Origin: Tubiluchus corallicola
Taxonomy: Eukaryota; Animalia; Priapulida
Direction of reading: 5' to 3'
Assembly (NCBI GenBank): GCA_030141605.1
Contig: JAQGDQ010000163.1
Coordinates: 124,001 to 188,000, forward strand
Length of the DNA: 64,000 nt
A program made the translations under genes and the position numbers. Below the pieces are notes generated by a model. It saw only the letters and a list, made by a program, of their open reading frames with translations, searched no databases and had not been told where the DNA came from. Below, in pieces: positions 60,781 through 64,000 of this stretch (its first letter is position 1; each line of letters opens with the position of its first letter).

Positions 60781-61157
60781 CTTCAGCGAGTTGTAGAACT
60801 TTTCAATTGATCATAATTAGTGTTTTTTAAGGACGTTTTACTGAAGTAATGGCATATATACACATATAATGATATCAAGTTTAGAGTAGGTAAGTGGCTG
60901 GAAACGTGATACCGCCATTATAGTTCAAGGTAGGTAGGTGATTCAGTCATGATATCGTTTTGATGACTTCAGCGAGTTGTAGAACTTTTCAATTGATCAT
61001 AATTAGTGTTTTTTAAGGACGTTTTACTGAAGTAATGGCATATATACACATATAATGATATCAAGTTTAGAGTAGGTAAGTGGCTGGAAACGTGATACCG
61101 CCATTATAGTTCAAGGTAGGTAGGTGATTCAGTCATGATATCGTTTTGATGACTTCA
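60781..61157 (+). repeat. 186-bp perfect tandem duplication
   Basis: cttcagcgagttgtagaac...tcgttttgatga at 60781-60966 is repeated from 60967. Confidence 0.95.
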
Positions 61158-61500
61158 CTACTCGTCCAATACATCTGGCAGCAATGCAGAACAAGGAATG
61201 GCAGTTGTAATTGGTCGTGAGGAGAAAGAATCTTCAGAACGAGTCAATGAGAATGAGTTCAGTGAACTGGGACTGCCAGTAGAATACACTGATGGTTTGC
61301 CATTAATTAATACAAGCGATGTTGTTCCCGGTGGTCCTTGATAGGAGGAAGAATAAAATGTACAAAAGCTACATCTGTGTGATATCGATATCAGTAGGGT
61401 ATTTAGGTGGTGAGGCATATCATAACGCCATTTTAACGCAAGGCAGGTAGGTCCTCAAAATTGGCCGAAAACTTGACATCGTTACATGTGGATGGCCCCT
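61158..61500 (+). mobile_element. Possible DNA transposon remnant (Zator/PIF-like terminus)
   Basis: Decayed acidic coding-like stretch followed by the TIR-like end gtggatggcccc at ~61488-61499. No convincing opposite end was found. Confidence 0.3.
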
Positions 61501-63679
61501 ATACTGTAATAGAGTAATAAGTTTTTTCACACTAAATTTCAACTGTACTGTATAGCCTACTTCAGCATAATTTTGTAATACATGTATTGTACATAGAATG
61601 TAGACTGTACTCCTAAATTAGAAAGACCCGTGTGCATATAAATGAACGCAAAAAGCTTTGTTTTATTGTGTGTCTAAATAGTTTCTGTATTCTGTATCCA
61701 GAAGTCTACATAATGCAATAATGATTAGCATATATCAGAAACATTACTCTGTGTCGTAAAACATCTCACTAATGTCTTCTCAAGTTGTATGATAATAATA
61801 CGTAGTTAGTTGTATGTTCTTTTTTATGCAAGAATGTTCAAAGTGCTGTGGTGATGCTTACCCCATTGTTTGAATAGGTGAGGCTTGCCATGCAGAGAGG
61901 AAACCACCTTTTATGCTTATGCCCATTAGTTGAAACGCCTTCCAACATGAACACAAGTATAAATCTTTTTTTTCATAAAACTGTCATAGGGGGCTTCTGG
62001 AGGCATATTTTCTTGTGGAGAGAATATTTTGTAATGTGTCAGAAGAGGGATTGTATAGGTCAGTGCTATAAGGATACAACTTGGCTGTCTGGACAAGGCT
62101 TCTTTAGCCATAACAACTCAAAAATTAGGTCTTTCTGTGCAGCAAGACTTCACAGTTTTACACAACACTACCTCGGGTAAGATCAGCACAGTACAGTGGT
62201 TCTGTCTATGTTCTGCAAGTTGGGTACGGCAATGGTTAAGACTATATAAGCAAAAACGATTTTATTTCTTTGAAACATGCATTTAACACCTCATCCGGAT
62301 CGCTGCTTATGTTACGCATCTCCTGTGTTTGCATTTATGATTTTTCTATAAATTATGTATGTGTAGTGCCAGACCTATTGGTAGTTCTTAGGTGCCCTCT
62401 ATGAACTGATTTCTTTGTAGCAAAATAAGAGTTTAACTTTAATGTATCGACTTCCTAATGCCACATACATAGATGAATTTGATAAGTTCTGTTCTATCAA
62501 AACTGCATGAACTTCTATGAACTGATAAGTAATGCAGTAAAATATTGCATATTAAGCATAATACTGTAATGTATTACATTTATATTTAAAAACTTAAGTG
62601 TACTAATACATAAAACTTAACACTTTTTTCTCTATTATAAATTTTTAGCTTCTGTTTGTTATTACAATATCAATTATATTTCGAATAGACTTGTGTAATA
62701 CATGCATTTAGCTACTACCTAAAACGCCAGAGAAACTTGGCATTAAGCGAGGTTCCCATTATAAAAGAGGGCGTTATAACAAGGTTTGATGAACAGTGTA
62801 TATGAACACCTACTGTAGGAAAACACTGCATCCTATGTAACTTTTACAACAGTCACAGATGTTTGGAATATTGATGTAATGCCAAAACTTAAAGTACAAC
62901 TGTTAATTTTTTGCATGAAAAATGAACGAAATGTGGCAGTCTTTATTATCGTATTTTACACACCTGATTAGTTATTTGGAATGATGAAATCATGTATTGC
63001 AAAAATCTTGTAAAGTCGGGAAAATTCTGGTGTTGCGTTAACCAGACATTTTGCACATAAAATGCAAAACAATGTGTAATTAAGACATGGATGTCTAACA
63101 GATATCCGCAAGTTTCGAGTGCAAATTTATGTTAATATATTGTAACTGTTTTCTTATCATTATAAGCACGATGCTTTGGTTTCGACGTAGCTTTAAATTC
63201 ATGAATTCGTAATGAATTGTTTGTAAGGAACTGTTTAGCACATAAGCTATTGTGATAATAATAGATATTATTATGATAATAATAGACGTTATTATTGATG
63301 TGCATGCGAAAAATTAGAAAAATTGAATAAATTTAACTTCATCATAAATCAAATGTAGCTGCTATACACTTTTTATTTCCACTTAGTTACCTAGTAGCTC
63401 TTATCCAATCGAAGTTTATCATAATTATAATTGTACAGCGGTAGTGATGTAGTTGATTTTGTACAGTGTGCACGGTCTGTGTAGAGGATTGTGACTAGAA
63501 CTCACTTTATGCGCTTTTGCTTCTGAACACACACACACTCTAATAGTTTCTCGATCACTTGTGCCTGGATCATCCTATTTGTTTAACACGTAACAATTTC
63601 ATCGATCGAATAAAGGGAACGGCTCCTAGTTGTATATCAGGACATTATGTGCACTGTACCATCAGAGTCAGAACAATCA

Positions 63680-64000
63680 TTACAAGCACTCACGATATCT
63701 ACTTTTTAGCTTGGAACATTCAAGATCAAGCGCAGATTTCTTTTCCTTTACAATAATATCTAATTGCGCTTTGGCTTTGGCAATGGTAATGCCATCATGA
63801 AAATGCAATTTTTCTTTTGGAATGTAAATGAAATTGGTGTGCAAAAGTTTTTCGATTCCCAAATCCCTTTCATGTCCTGTTTCAACAGTTTTTGCACTAG
63901 GGACTTCTGAGTTAGTAATTGAATCACTATTGCCTTTCGAAGAAACAAAAGGTAGCTGAATGTCTTTGTCACACAGCATCTGTTTTGGGTTGTTTTTTGC
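63680..64000 (-). CDS. Possible terminal coding exon of an unidentified gene entering from the right edge
   Basis: The frame is open from the window edge (AKNNPKQMLCDK...) for 106 codons to a stop at 63680, with protein-like composition. No motif recognised. Confidence 0.4.
   Translation of the reverse strand, partial: AKNNPKQMLCDKDIQLPFVSSKGNSDSITNSEVPSAKTVETGHERDLGIEKLLHTNFIYIPKEKLHFHDGITIAKAKAQLDIIVKEKKSALDLECSKLKSRYRECL

Overview
AT-rich, intron-containing animal (probably invertebrate) genomic DNA. Three host genes could be assembled by hand from GT-AG exons with consistent phases. (1) An HBP1-like AXH + HMG-box transcription factor gene (+, 466-~19900) that unexpectedly carries two N-terminal zinc fingers. 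(2) NDUFA5 (-, 30542-35998). (3) An adiponectin-receptor/PAQR gene (+, 45275-58222). The rest is introns and intergenic DNA with LINE fragments, hAT and Tc1/pogo MITEs, degenerate Penelope-type hammerhead motifs and a disabled intronless alpha-1,2-fucosyltransferase. The stand-out observation is a decayed BEL/Pao LTR retrotransposon (-, ~21770-28390). Its Gag-Pol frame reads SAP domain - coiled coil - complete intronless glycogenin catalytic domain - Gag core - zinc knuckles - protease - RT - RNase H - integrase, and the glycogenin is fused in frame at both ends. All family assignments come from motif recognition by eye; no database search was run.
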